Source: Haliotis rubra (lineage: Eukaryota). From it: a stretch of DNA of 64,000 nucleotides. This document shows, one piece after another, positions 25,717-40,376 of this stretch (the stretch's first letter is position 1; the number at the start of each line of letters is the position of its first letter). Under the pieces are notes generated by a model that saw nothing but the letters and a program-made list of their open reading frames with translations, was not told the DNA's origin and ran no database searches. The translations under genes were made by a program, and so were the position numbers. The stretch lies in the NCBI RefSeq assembly GCF_003918875.1, contig NW_025767123.1:310001-374000 (forward strand). The letters are read 5' to 3'.

Positions 25717-28214
25717 ACAGGTTTTAAAAGGATTCTTGTGTTGGCTGTCAGATCACTTAAATATAATGTATGAGCACATATATGTTTCCGAAGTTTTTTT
25801 GTTTGTTTTTAATTTGATCTGATAGCTTTTGTGGTATTGGGGATGAATATGGTTTTGGTTTAATGCTCAGCAATATCCCAGCTACATGTGTATATGGTCA
25901 ATAATCCAGCCTGGATCAGACGATCCAGTGATCAACAGCATGAGCATCGATCTACGCAAATGGGATACGATGACATTTGTCAAGCAAGTCAGCAAGCCTG
26001 ACCACCCGATCCCGATAATCGTCTCTTACGACAAGCATGATTTTCTGAAGATCAATTCTAATCCGGATCTTCACGAGTAACGTGGTTGGAACGACTATGA
26101 ATCAAGTGAAATTCGGCAATTGCATTGGACATCATTTGGTTAAGGAGCCGCCACATTTGGATATGGCCGTTATATTTTGCAAGAAGCGCCTTCTTTACTC
26201 TTTATTAATGCTTGCATAAATAAGGAAAACAGTTCAATCATTGATCTCAAGTCTGGATTCGAACCCAGGTTGTCCTTTACAATATCTTCCCTGTAGTGAC
26301 CAAATTACCAGCAGCGTTCTTCCAGAAACAGTGAATCGTCCGATCGGCCCAACATTTTAATTTGAACGTATAAGACATTTACTATACTCCATCACTTCCC
26401 ACTCCCGCATGTACACATCCTGCTCAGCGGGGAACGTTCATCGATCGTGTTCCACTAATCTGGAGAACTAACAGAGTCATCTGCAGTTGAGTGAATTGAG
26501 CTACGAACAGTGAAATTAGCTCAAACACTGTCAACAACCATCTTATTGTAACCATTTGATGACGATGAATGGAGTGTGTGGTTGCAAATGACCCTCATGT
26601 CTGACCTTACTGGCCATCGTTTACGCATGAACGCACTAAGGAGATAGACTAGCGGGCTAACGAGCTGGCATATTTGTCCGATAATTCTTGATTGATCGTT
26701 TATGGTGCTAATGTCGACTGTTGCTACAGACATTTGACAGAAGGGCAGGTGCGTCTCCAGTTTGTATTTAGTGCTTGATAGTAGACGAGTAACAGTTATT
26801 ACACGGGTACCATCATGATATTTAGGTTGTAAATGAGTGTGGGCAACTTTCATTCGATGTTTTCTCTCCTTGACTCTCTGCCTTGGTTCTGAGACTGAAA
26901 GCAAACTCAATTCTCAGACCCTGATTGAATATTTGTTATTCAGTTTGTTGCATGGTTGTATCGTCCGACCCGTTGAACACCACAGTATATTTCTATTTGT
27001 TTCACTTCTACTTCAATAATCTGGCATTTTCCTAATGATACATTAATGTTACCCTAATAAAAATCCATCTCCAGTTATGGAAAGCAAGTTTGTTTTATGA
27101 GTTGTCACAGAGCTTACAATCCAATATAACCCATCACTTCTGCCCCTCTTGTGTTGTTCATTAAGATGAATGACCATGCTGTCCTGGTTGTCTTAGTCAT
27201 GCATTGAGGTCGATAGTTTTCATTTCTGTATGGAGAAAATAAATCAGTTTCTGTCGTATTGAGCACTTGTTGGTCTAATTTCTCACACGAACAAATAATG
27301 ATACTTGATAACTCACTTGATACTTGATAACCAAATCCATGGAACGTTCTTATCACAAAACAACTTGAGTAGTTTCGTGACTTGTATTGATATGTATTTA
27401 GGAATTTAACCATCGTCATCTGAAACGTTTTTCATAGAATGTATCATTTCAAATAAAATATTTTTTTAGTATTATGTATGTCCACCGTATCTTCTGCAAG
27501 TGACATTTATGGTTTGTTTGCCACAATACCTTTATGACTTGCTATGAGAGGGATGTAAATGAGCCAGAACCTTCAACATCTTAATGGAAATATGACATCC
27601 CAAGCTGAAACACTCCTCCTGACCTTCCAGATGAAAACCCACACTTATGTACTTATGTCTCCAAAAGTATTTTCGAAATTTATTTTCAGTGACGTAGAGC
27701 TGACGAGTCAATCAACAAATGATGTCCTCACTTCCTTCATAAAATTGACTGTTGAAGCCAGTTAGGGGTGAGTGTAGCTGGAGGCTAAATTAAACAGTAG
27801 AGGTTGTACTGTCAGTATAAGTCTTCTTGCTTAACCAGGTGTGAGGAGAGGGATTGACACACTTTTAGGTGACGGGAGCTCGATCTCCATTTTCATGATA
27901 TATATGGGAAAAGCATCATGGGGTTGTGGCGTTTAAATCCTATACCAGATTAAGCTTAAGCACAGTTGGTAAGCTGGGACGGTTCCATTGATTTTATAAA
28001 TGAATAATTCAACGGTAGATGCAACATTTGAACAGATGTGTAAGTTTCGCTGATTGAATTTGGAGCTGTAAACTAAATCTGTTTTAACAATGTACATAGT
28101 GACAAATCAGTTTAATGTGACAAGATGTTTAATTTTGTGAAATGAGGAATAACGCTGCATTAGAAAAGATTTTATACCGCTGTTGCAGTATTGGGGAATC
28201 AAAAGGCCAAACGA

Positions 28215-28379
28215 CTGACTGACTGAGTATGGTTTTACGCCGTTTTAGCAATATTTCAGCAATTTCACGGCGGGGGACACCAGAAATGGGCTTCACAAAT
28301 TGTACCCATGTGGGGAATCGAACCCGGGCCTTCGGCGTGACGAGCGAACGCTTTAACCACTAGGCTACCCCACCGCCCC
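28215..28379 (-). mobile_element. Young full-length SINE family 1
   Basis: 13-bp TSD aaaggccaaacga (28202-28214 / 28380-28392); empty site at 23345-23357. Confidence 0.95.
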
Positions 28380-31149
28380 AAAGGCCAAACGATGTAAGGT
28401 CTAGATGACTTAGTTATCTAAATGATAACACATGCACTAGACATAGGTTGACGATGATAAACACATTCACACCAGGGCACACACATATAAACTGATCAGA
28501 TGGACAATTCGCAGGTGATCATCCATAGGGGACTGTCATATGTCTGGCAAGTCTGGTTGACACGTCTTGCTTGTCTGATGATGTTACGTTCTGGCAATGT
28601 GGCTGTTTGATCATGATGTGTACCTTTAACAGGCATAAATCTGACAATCTCAATCGACTGTGTTCCATACTGAATAATGTCAGTTCCTGTACCGTATATA
28701 ACCACACAGTTTGGTCCGAATCTAGATATCAATGATTTTTACAAGACTGATGTAGTTGATATTGATAAATCTATACATTTAAAAGTGATCTTTAAGGCTT
28801 GAATCTCTGTGACGATAAGCGGGGATGTCAAATGATCCGAGTCTTGTTTGCTTTAGGTTGTGTGAATATGAATTGTAAATATCGCATTAATATTGTGGTT
28901 GATATCTCATACGATATCGTTCAGCCTCGCTGCAAAAGTGCATTATGATACATATTGTGTGCAAGACGATACTTCTCCATAATGTCAGGGTGATCCCGAA
29001 CGTCAAATGTACCCAGAGATTAATGTATTGTTTCTATACGCTTGATTAAGGCTGCTATGGAACAATAGATAGGTTCATAAAAAACAGTGCTTTCCACAAT
29101 TCGTTCATTGCAGAGAAGACATCTTATAAGCACATCTTCCTTGAGAGCAATTTCATGGTCAGTGCCTCACCACACAAGACAATGGACTTGAACGCGTCCT
29201 TTACTGGAAAGACCTGGTCATTAATTAGACCCCAAGGCAATAATTTCCTGTTATTGACACTCCGGGATATTCTATTCCTGATAGGGGTAAGCTGGCTGTA
29301 ATTGCCAACATCACTGCCCCAGTGTAAACAGTGATGGAGTGGACAATGACGTATGTGTGTGCAAAGCGTGGCCAGATCCGTGTATTATCTTCCATGGTTA
29401 ATGCGTTGGAACTAATTTGGTACTAATATAGCTATTCCGTTCATGAAATAAAATACATAGCCCAATGATTGGATGCAGTTTGTATACGAAGTCAGCTCAC
29501 TAACATAATAGAAGCGACAAAATCTTTCCACATCCATAAGAAATCGCGATTGAGTCGATTGTGTACTACGAGTATATACTTGTTTCAGCAGTATTATAGT
29601 TGCATGATGTTGTTTGTAGACAAATCGAGTCTGGACCAGACAATCCCGTGATTGTCACCATGCGATACGATGACAGAGCATGTGTTTATGAATCACTATG
29701 AACTAGTGATGATACCAGGTGTTCACGAAAACGTGAGCGTATCCTGCCCCACCGGTGGCAGTTGTCTTAAGCATATCCTAAGTCTTGTCAGTTTTTCACC
29801 TGAACCAATTCGGGAACGTATGGTATAAGTCAAAATAGGGAATTGCATCGGACATCATTTTTATCACTGATGCATCAAATTTGGAAATTTCCTCCACATG
29901 TCTACCTGAAAACGCTAAATATGCAAGAATGCACTCAAATGTACATACATAAGGCATACATATCGGACTCTTCATTTGTAACATTCTCATCACACATCTC
30001 GCCAAACAAAAGATGTACCAGATGGCGGATGTCCGACTGAGATGTTCAATAGGCATTGACCTTCCTTTTGCCCCATTCACTGTTACCACCTCCCTGAACG
30101 CCCGTCTCCAGGCCACTGGCCATTCTGTATGTCAGAGATTCATTGGAAACCCCATGTCCATTTTGGTGTGTCCTATTTCCGTAAATGAAATCTAAATCTC
30201 TACCTTACTTTCTCTGATGTTCTAGACACTAGATACCGATTGTCTCGCCTTTGTTTGTGGCTTTTCACTTTCAATCATGGAAAGAACGCTTCTTTTTATT
30301 AAAGTTTCAAACCGTTATATTTTACAAACATTTAGAAAATGTCTTTTCAAATAAGGGGCAAAACATTTTGAGCGATGATGGGAAACTTAAGACAGTGCTC
30401 ACTGCTCTGGTATTCCTTTAATTATTTGATATGTAAAGTTCGTTTGCTTGTAAGATACATCAGTAATACAACGTTATCATACTAGAATATATTTTTAGAA
30501 TACTAAAACAAATGACATTAGTAATTAAAAAGCTTATTCTTTCTCGTTGGACTCAAACAGCGGATCCTGGCACACCTCAATCCTTACAACTCTCCAATCA
30601 GACAAATTTAGCATACATATGTCAGAAAAGAAGAGCCTGACTTTTCTGTACTGTGGACAAAAGACTGATCAGGAACCCTACATGACCTTATTCTATATTC
30701 AGTAGCATGCGTCCATTTCTGAAAAGAGTCAAATGTACATATCTTAATTACTAGTTCATTAAAATGTTGCCCAGTGCAAGATTACGTTCATTGCCACCAA
30801 GACCTTTCTTAAATAGATTTTTTTTTTAAATCTCACAACTGAGAGTTAATTGTTGAATATTTGAAAGAAATCCGAAACAGGTTGGCGGGCATGGAAAATA
30901 ATTCGCGGAAAAGGAAGAAGGAGAGGTATGAAAAACTTATAAGAAGCGGTAATCTAGCTTAACACGCATTAAGATACTGAACTGAAGTGATGAGCGACTA
31001 GAAGCCGTTCAAGGCCGCGGGGTAAGTGTTCCTCTGATCAATACAGAGTTAGAACGGATTTCTTGCAGTTAAGCGACCTCACAAGACTGTCGACTTCTAA
31101 TAAATACATCATGCTGAAGGATTGAGTATTTTTCATTTGATAACTTCTG

Positions 31150-32000
31150 AAAGAATTTTCACGTGATCATGGACGTGACTTTCCCAGATTTTAAAGGTTT
31201 TTTGTCATGGGTCTCTGTAGGAGAAGCTGGGAACTTTGGTGAAACCACATGTCAACCCCTGGCTATGTTGAAGCTGCCTCTTCTAATTGTACCGCCCATA
31301 AGTATATTCGAATGCCGCCCTCAGTTTTCATTGTGGTTATAGCAGGAGGGAATTTGAAAATGAATACTTGTTCTACGAAGGCACGGGTTACTTTGCACAG
31401 TGTGTCGCTAATGTGTACTCTTAAATGCAAACTGGTAAAAATAAAACTAACAAATAATGCTTTTTTACCTAATATTATTATTTGATCTAGATATACTGAG
31501 GAAAGACAAAATTAGAAAACTAGAGTGAACCATACAATGAAGCCTTTTCTTTGCCTTGATATATATACACATGCACACGGGTCTGAGTCAGATCAATGAA
31601 AATGTGATGTCAATGATGCGTGAGGCTGGGTGTACAAGAGCAGTTACATAATACTTTCTTAACGATACGGTCAACGGGCAGTGATAAGTGAATCCCCGAC
31701 ATACATTGTTGACCTTTGCTGTACCAGGATTCGAAGAGCTTAAAATTTTCTTTCACATCGATAGTGATCGATAATGAAGCATTCGCCCAACCAATCTGAA
31801 CCGTCATATGCCTGAATTGCTGCTCAGTATAACTCTGAAGCAAACCCGCTTATTAAAGTTAAATTGAAATGCCTTGATATGTTTTTAACTCCTCAGTGAA
31901 GGCACTTTTCATACAGCCCATAGCACATTATCTGTGATCGAGAACAAAAACCCCAACTAAATCAAGCTAAAGAACACTATCATAAAGACTGTAACATACA
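31150..32000 (+). pseudogene. Decayed exon, module F (CUB-like start then CTLD-like)
   Basis: HMSTPGY...NCTAHKYIRMPPSVFIVV, then GWVYKSSY and YA*IAAQYNSE. Copies at 53460-54900 (+) and 44650-45200 (-). Confidence 0.35.
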
Positions 32001-32390
32001 AGTTAAATTCAGGAATCACGCCGTTCTTTTTATCAAAGAAGATAATTAGTTAACTATAACTATTTGTAGAAAGTTATTTGAGAGAAATAAATCTAATAAC
32101 CTTTATTGTAGTCTAATTGATTTCCAGAGACGCCTTCGGGAACTATCGAAGTAAGGACATGGCTAATACACTAAACATAAGATTCCATATCACTTTAAAA
32201 ATCAACAACAAGTATAACTGTAGGATGTGTCTACGAAAAGTAAGAGAGACTACAGTCTCATCAGGACCTTTCACAGTTCTGGTCTGTTTCTAATACAGGT
32301 GGGAAAAGGTGTTGAATGGACATTGTCTTCTTTACCATTTTTGTAAAATATAAGATTATCTATTCACCTGAAACATCGTGGTTTTGACAG

Positions 32391-33080
32391 TGCCCATCAG
32401 ACCAGATACTTCTAGTTGAATGCGTAAACAAATGCATATTTGTCAGGAAATAGGAGGGTACGAGGGTGTGACCATGTCGATGCCCACATTTTACCTCATG
32501 GAAATTCTTCATTTCTTATATTGATCAATGTTCAGGGAAGGATCCGTTTGTCTTGCTGGCATAAGCTAGCCGTGGGTGGGAATCTCGGATATCTCTAATT
32601 ATGATGAGATTTTTTTAATAACCAAATTGGGTCACTTTCAGCTTTCCTCCGATTTAACTGTAATGCTGTTCAAATCGGTTTTAAGTCCAGTTTATTATAT
32701 GTCCATATTTTATGTGCTCTCACTAGCTTGCAACCCATATTATAACCTTCCACTGAGTGATGAAGTGTAATACTTTCCAGTTTCGTTGTGCCGAACATAC
32801 CGTTGTCTCGAAGTGAATTCCTTCTCTATTCTTTATTCATTATCAAACCTCGGATAAGTCGAATTATTTCCAAAAATGCCTTTAACTTCGACACAACGGT
32901 GTTTAAATAGCTGCACATATTACTCTAACCATACTCAGCGTGCTTTCTTAGCGAAAATGGCATAAAATGTAAGCACCATAAAGGCAGCTGCATACCGTGG
33001 AAGATATAAATATTTTGCTGAGTGTACTTACAGTATTGTCCTATACAGCAAGATATGCTTTAATCATGGTTTGGGTGAAT
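32391..33080 (+). pseudogene. Decayed exon, module G (C-type lectin-like)
   Basis: After ttttgacag reads CPSDQILLVECVNKCIFV...FTSWKFFISYIDQCSGKDPFVLLA, later ECTYSIVLYSKIC; copy at ~56150-56830. Confidence 0.5.
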
Positions 33081-33269
33081 TTGAAAGGATTACAGAGGGA
33101 AATCTCGATCTATAAACCTCCGCAATTATTCAGATTTAGTATGTATCTTGCTGCCTGAAGTAATATCCAATAAATATTTGTTAATATTATAATATTTATC
33201 ATTAATCCATTGCTAACCTGAAACACACAAACTCCATACACTGCATATCAAGACGAACCCATTTGTACC

Positions 33270-33860
33270 AATCACATTGCTGTAGAGGGAACTGCTATCT
33301 TAAGATCTGAAGGTGAATGTAATGTTCATTACGACGACATCCAACACATACACGGCCGTCAGTATGAGAATGATGACACTCGTCCTTCAAAACATATTGA
33401 CGCAACTGAGCATTTCGACAACGTTGATGTTGACAGGTCACTGTAAACTGTAATGTGTCAATTTTGGTTCCAGAGGAAGGAGGGAGTTGAGCAGCGTAAA
33501 GACGTCGTCGATTGTTTTAAGTGCTGCTCCCAATGACCTTACATCTGTACTTCATTCTAGAGATATGGTCCTGAATGTGTGATGTGTCAAAATTATTTCC
33601 ACAGATGTCGATAGTGGGGTTGAGCAGCGTAAAGACGTCGTCCGTTTTCACGTCTCTTCCTGAGTGTGAGACACGTGTCTTCTGGTGACGTTGTGCAAGT
33701 GTTGTGATGGTTCTGAAATGACGTCCTGCTTGTCAGGCTACAGACGGTGCAGAGTTATCGGTAAGCAATACTCCAGGCACCTTGCCTTCTGACGTAAGTG
33801 GAAGTCTAAATATCGTTGACTTCAACAGTAAACCTCTGTGACTACATGTATCTGACAGTA
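33270..33860 (+). pseudogene. Possible decayed exon, module H (CTLD-like)
   Basis: RGNCY, SIVGL and RCASVVMVLK*RPAC fragments; copy at ~57000-57565. Confidence 0.3.
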
Positions 33861-36800
33861 TGTGACAGAATGTGGTCCTCTTAATAATGAATGGAGACGA
33901 TTGGGATGTTTTGTATATTGCAATGATGATCTCTACACCATGTACATAATGAATTCTTCCAAAGTGCTACTCTCCTTCCTATCACTATATAATCTATTCA
34001 TTGTTAAATTTAATCGTTAGTTATTGTATAGTTTAATTACTTTATGTGTATACGTGTACACACAATAGCTTAAAAGGTTTTTGCAATATTTATGTCTCGT
34101 AAACGTGAAACGTCAATGCCAGATTGTAATCAGTTTAACGCGTCACAGTCAAATTATGGAAACCCGTTTGTTCAGAAACTCTCCACAAGTCATTTTGCAA
34201 AATTCATCGTGCTGTTTTCATGGATTTATATTAAGGATGATCCATTGGACTTTATTATGTAAATAGAATAGATACTGTTAACTCACGTAACATCTATCGA
34301 TATGATATCACACTTAGTGGCATCTAATCGATGCCTTACATATCGATGCCTTATATAACTAAATCATTTGTCCAAGTTACCAAGGATCTGTATTGAAGAG
34401 AAGATCTAGACGGTAACTTGTAAGTGTGTCAAATATTAAAATATGTAATCAACAGTGAAAGCTGCCTTTCATTTTCAGAGATTACTTAACGGTGTTAACG
34501 TTCACAAGACCTTATATTCAACGACAACTTGGTCCTTTTTGATGTTCAGACACATTGTAAGCATTGGTTGGTTTTGATCAAAGGATGTTTGGGGAAACAG
34601 AGAGGCATGTGATGATGTGTACTGGTTTAAATAAATTACATGTAGCGTTTATCAAATTACATGTTGACAAAGTCAGTAATTTGAGTTAATTGAATAGGCA
34701 GCCTTAGTTTCTTTCGGCCTCACGTGTCTGTGATCTCTAAAAATACTACAGCTTTGTAAAATAACCCACTGTATGTAAACGTATGAAAGGAAGTATATAA
34801 CACCGTTAAACACGTATTTTTACTGTGAAACTGATTTATAAGTAACATGAATATCAACTTGCCACTATTATCGATAGCAGCAACTCAAACCAAATCTTTG
34901 GTATTACTTCTATGACCAGATAATTCACGAAAGGCTATGCTGAAATTATTCTGCTGTAAATGGATGTACATGGAATTGCGAAATACAATGTACCCATGTG
35001 GTTGATACAATCGCAATAACGTTCTTGTTTCTTCTTGGCATTGTTAAGATGCAGTTATCAAAGATCAACTCATGTAATTTGTTTATGCCTTGTAACCGCA
35101 GTACTAGTTTGTATCCTGTATATATATTCATCTTTCATATGCATTAATGTCTTACATATTATCTCGCAAAATGAACAAATATTGTTTTTGTGTAAAGTTT
35201 CAGAGTGCACACATATATATATTGGCTAACGGATCTGTAACGTCTTCAGCCGGCTTTCTCTATATTGATTCCAGTGGTTAGAACGAGGTTGTCACAGGGT
35301 TCAGCTTACATGAGATGTGGATACACTGGAAACAATTAGAAATGAACAAAAGAATAAACCTTGTAATGTTTGATTCACTCTCTTGAGCAAAGAATTAAGA
35401 CTACAATCGTATTCTGTCTATTTTCATATGGACAAAGAAATATTTCTCTGAGACGCCTAAATTCAAATTGTGTTTGTAATGTGCAACTGAGACATGTTAT
35501 TCTAAGGACAAGGAACGTTCTATGATGATAACATACCTCGGTGTTTTATTCTAATGTCAACATTGTGAATCAGGAGGTCACGACGTAAACCTTTGCCAAG
35601 AGCCACCTTTAGTTTCAAAGTTTATGTTCTGAAATAACGTTAATCTATTTCTGCTGTTGTGTGAATTCAACCATGAAGTTAAAAAAAGTCGGTTTGGTTA
35701 GTCTGAAGCAATTATTTCCTTGACAGCTCTGTCTATGTTAGGTCAATCGGACGGACACTATCTCCAAGTAAATCTTCTGCTCAACAGACTGCATTTCCAA
35801 ACCTTGGAAAGATGAAGGCTTGAATTTTTACTTAAGATTTTGTCAGGGCCAGCCGGAAGAACTACCATCTTTTGATTAACCCGACTGAATGCCTCCAGTG
35901 AGTGGACCTTATGTATATCTGTGCTTTCTTTGCAGGATACACTCATGCTGTTACCGACAGTGATCAGACCAAAGGTGTCTCAGGTTTGACAAGGGCAGGT
36001 AATCTGTTTCTGCTTTGTTGAGTCACACCGGAAATACCCTGTCAATTGCTTGATCCTACGGACGTGGCCAAGTCAACTCTCACCTTCAAACCAAGTCTGG
36101 CATAGGATGTTGGGTCCTTACCAAGTGTACGGTTGCAGTTTGGTCATTTCATGACATTATTTCATGCTTGATGCTGACTCGTTGGACTTGTTGGCTCTTG
36201 CTTTTATTGAGTAATTAATGAGAAAGTCATCTTGACATTACACGAGACAGGTTAAATACATACTGCAGGTGACAGTAATTATTCTTTAGATGTTGAGCAT
36301 GAACCCAAATAGGATCTCTTCACCTAATCATATCTAGCTTTTTCTACATCTCGTAATGATTTACAAGCTTTTGATCGAGAATGTATCGTTTTTGCTCTCC
36401 TTTCAACTATGGGTAACTACTGAATAATACAATCCCTTATGTACGATGTCGTGTTCAGTTGACTGAAAAAAACAAGCAAGTTAGCTTTAATCACTTTTAT
36501 GACATTTACAAACACACGCATGCCGAAAATATGAAATTTATCTCGAGTGAATGCCTCGTGTTTCGTTGCATTAGGCAAAAAGAAATCACGATAAGGAATG
36601 ACGAGACATTTAAGTCGTTGAAATTGATGTAAAGGTCGAAGCGTCTGATCTTTGAAATGGTGAGTAAAGTTTTGGCATACAATCTGCAGCGTTGCTAATG
36701 ATATTTGTGTGTTAGAGTTAAATCCGTAGATCAGTATCCTAACAACATGGATATGATTTGTTTGTACCATGTCTGAGCCAGGCACAATTGTGTTCGTGTG

Positions 36801-37112
36801 ATCTGTCTGTCTGTCACTTGATTGTGCAGTAACGTTAGATTGTGTGGAACATGCCCACCACAGAGCGAACACTTGGCGTTATCACTGATATGTTTTATAA
36901 TAGACAGGTGCCTTCGTTGCTCGTGCTTTCAGTCATTAGTTTTAATTGTAAAATTCGAATTTTAATTGTATACATTCGTATATTGCTTGACCATTGCTAC
37001 TGTATTGAACAACGGCGTTCAGTATCTCATAGGAAGCGTGTTGTATCACGCCTAATGTTAAAAGCTGCATGTACGATGTTCGTGAAGACTTTGTTGAAAC
37101 TCATAAGCACGA

Positions 37113-37288
37113 GTGCGGTGGGGTAACCTAGTGGTTAAAGCGTCCGCTCGTCACGCGGAAAACCCGGGTTCGATTCCCTACATGGGTACAATGTGTGAAG
37201 ACCATTTCTGGTGTCTCCAGTGTCTCCGGTGTCTCCCGCCCTGATATTGCTTAAGTAAAACCATACTCACTCACTCACTCATTCACTC
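37113..37288 (+). mobile_element. SINE family 1 (duplicate of 25104 copy)
   Basis: Same flanks and diagnostic changes as 25104-25270. Confidence 0.9.
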
Positions 37289-40200
37289 ATTAGCACGTCC
37301 ATGGTATTAACATGAAATGTGTAGTTATCTTAGCAAAGCTTGAATTCAAATCCTCCGCACTGTGGACGGGTGTAATTCCAAACGGCTAATTGTGGTGCTT
37401 TCAACTACTGTCTGGCACGTTCCTCCAGCCTCTATTTAATAGATATACATGACTATATATCTTGCACTCCAGACAGCGAATGGTTTGAAGTAGGTTATCT
37501 AAAGGCACTTTGCACAAATCAAATACTGAGGTGGCTAGAATAGCATATGTAACTACATTTGTGGAAATAATTATATTTATGTGTGTCTTTGTACACCATA
37601 ATGTATGTAATAACGTCACGGACATGTCATTTGATTATATATATACATTACCCCTAAATGTCAGTATACGTTCAAGAGCTGTCAATTATAACACAACACA
37701 AATAAGCAGTTAGACAGGTTTTAAAAGGATACTTGCGTGGCTGTCTGATCACTTAAATATAATGTATGAGCACATATATGTTTCCGAATGTTTTTGTTTG
37801 GTTTTTTAAATTTGGTATGATAGCTTTTGTGGTATTGGGGATGAATATGGTTTTGGTTTAATGCTCAGCAATATCCCAGCTACATGTTTATATGGTCAAT
37901 AATCCAGCATGGATCAGTAGATCCAGTGATCAACAGCATGAGCATCGATCTACGCAAATGGGATACGATGACATTTGTCATGCAAGTCAGCAAGCCTGAC
38001 CACCCGATCCCGATAATCGTCTCTTACGACAAGCATGATTTTCTGAAGATCAATTCTAATTCGGATCTTCACGAGTAACGTGGTTGGAACGACTATGAAT
38101 CCAGTGAAATTCGGCAATTGCATAGGACATCGTTTGGTTAAGGAGCCGCCACATTTGGATATGGCCGTTATATTTTGCCAGAAGCGCCTTATTTGGTATT
38201 TATTAATGCTTGCATAAATAAGGAAAACAGTTCAATCATTGATCTCAAGTCAATTCGAACCCAGCTTGTCCTTTACAATATCTTCCCTGTAGTGACCAAA
38301 TTACCAGCAGCGCTCTTCCAGAAATAGTGAATCGTCCAATCTGCACAACATTCTAATTTGTACGTATAAGACATTTACTATGCTCCATCACTTCCCACTC
38401 CCGCATGTATACATCCTGCTCAGCGGGGAACGCTCATCGATCGTGTTTCGCTAATCTGGAGAACTAACAGAGTCATCTGCAGTTGAGTGAACTGAGCTCC
38501 GAACAGTGAAATTAGCTCAAACACTGTCAACAACCATCTTATTGTAACCATTTGATGACGATGAATGGAGTGTGTGGTTGCAAATGACCCTCCTGTCTGA
38601 CCTTACTGGCCATCGTTTACGCACGAACGCACTAAGGAGATGGACTAGCGGGCTAACGAGCTGGCATATCTGTCAGATGGTTCTTGATTGATCGTTTATG
38701 GTGCTAATGTCGACTGTTGCTACAGACATTTGACAGAAGGGCAGGTGCACTTCAAATCTTTGCTTAGTTCTAGATAGTATATGAGCAGTAGTATTACATG
38801 AGTAAATAAGTGTGACTTTCATATGCTGTGTTCTCTGTCTGACTCTCTGCCTTGGTTCTGAGACTGAAAGCAAACTCAATTCTCAGACCCTGATTGAATA
38901 CTAGTAATTGTTATTCAGCTTGTTGCTTGGTTGTATCGTCCGACCCGTTTAACTCCACAGTATACTTCTACCTTTTTACTTCTGCATCAGTAATCTGGCA
39001 TTTTAGCAGTTGATGAATAATAAGTAAGGTATGATACTTTGTGAACTGTTATTCAGTTAGTTGCATGACTTACAGCCCCACCCGTTAATACCACATAATG
39101 TTTTCTAATTTCTTTTGACTTCTGTGTCAGTAGTAGCAACGTAAAATTGCAAAAAGAAATACCATAAATTATCTGACATTTAACACCTATTCATGAAAAA
39201 AATTATTCCTCAATCTCAAAGCATATAACTTGTTGATGACAGAACCAAGACCTTTAAGAATGCTTTGGGATCATTCACTCTTGTGTTGTCATCATGTGTC
39301 TACAAGAAAGGAAATTGCCTGTATGCATCTACAAAATTCGTTATTACCTCTGTAACTTTATAATATAATGATCAAATGTGTCCATATCAATTCAAAGATC
39401 TATTATGGCATGACCAAAAGTCACCTGCTTTGTATTTTCAAAGGAAACTAGGAAACAATGCGCGATGATCTCATGAAGAGGTCACGTTCCAAATGGTATT
39501 TTGATTGCTTACGGGCATACATCATTGTAGGTTGAATAACGTTAGGAAGTTAAGTTCCATCTATAGTTATTGAAAGCAAGTTTGTTTTATGAGTTGTCAT
39601 TTAGCTTACTGTCCAATATAACCCTTTCACTTCTGCCCCGCTTGTGTTGATCATTAAGATGAATGACCATGTTGTCTTGGTCGTCTTAGTCATGCATTGA
39701 GGTCGATAGTTTTCATTTCTGTATGGAGAAGATAAATCAGTCTCTGTCGTATTGAGCACTTGTCCGTCTGATTTTTCACACGCACAAATTTTGACACTTG
39801 ATAACTCATACAATTCTGAACGAATGTCCATGGAACGCCCTTATCACTAAATAACTTGATTAGTTTCGTGACTTGCATTACTTGATAGGTTTTGTATAAG
39901 GAAGTTAACCATCGTGATCTGAAACGTTTTTCGTACAATGTACCATTTCACATGAAAGAATTCTTATCAATATGTATGTCCACCGTATCTTCTGTTATGT
40001 AAAACGTAATGTTTGTTTGATGTCTAACGCCGCAATCAGCAACATTCCCGCTATAGCTAGCCAGTCGTGTCAGGACCAGAATATCCAGTGAGCAGCAACC
40101 TATGCCATGAGGATGCAATGACATGCGTCAATTAAGTCAAGCAAGCACAACCACCGAATTCAGTTGTCACGTCTCAAGACCAGCATGGTTTCTGCAGACA

Positions 40201-40376
40201 AAATTAAACCTTTTTGAAAACATAACGTGCGTATCTAATTGTTCAAATAATTTTTCCACTATTTCCACGACCTTCAGACGCTAGAAGAAGCACTTATAGT
40301 TCTGATGGTCAGAAGAAAACGTGCATCGAATTGAGAAGGTAGGTGTTTGTGGTTGTTATATTGGTTTGTTCTATTA

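Larger units (their letters stand above)
25026..27500 (+). repeat. Direct segmental duplication of ~37034-39995
   Basis: Shared SINE1, module C, SINE2 and module D in the same order. Confidence 0.9.
30020..34220 (+). repeat. Direct segmental duplication of ~52335-58095
   Basis: Colinear blocks, e.g. gcggaaaaggaagaaggagagg at ~30906/53201 and gtcgatgcccacattttacc at ~32476/56239. Confidence 0.9.

Noticed and set aside
28290-28379. Functional tRNA genes (also at 5170, 25104, 46630, 57744) and a 5S rRNA gene at 11407
   Set aside because: All are SINE heads with bodies, tails and TSDs; no complete gene or terminator.
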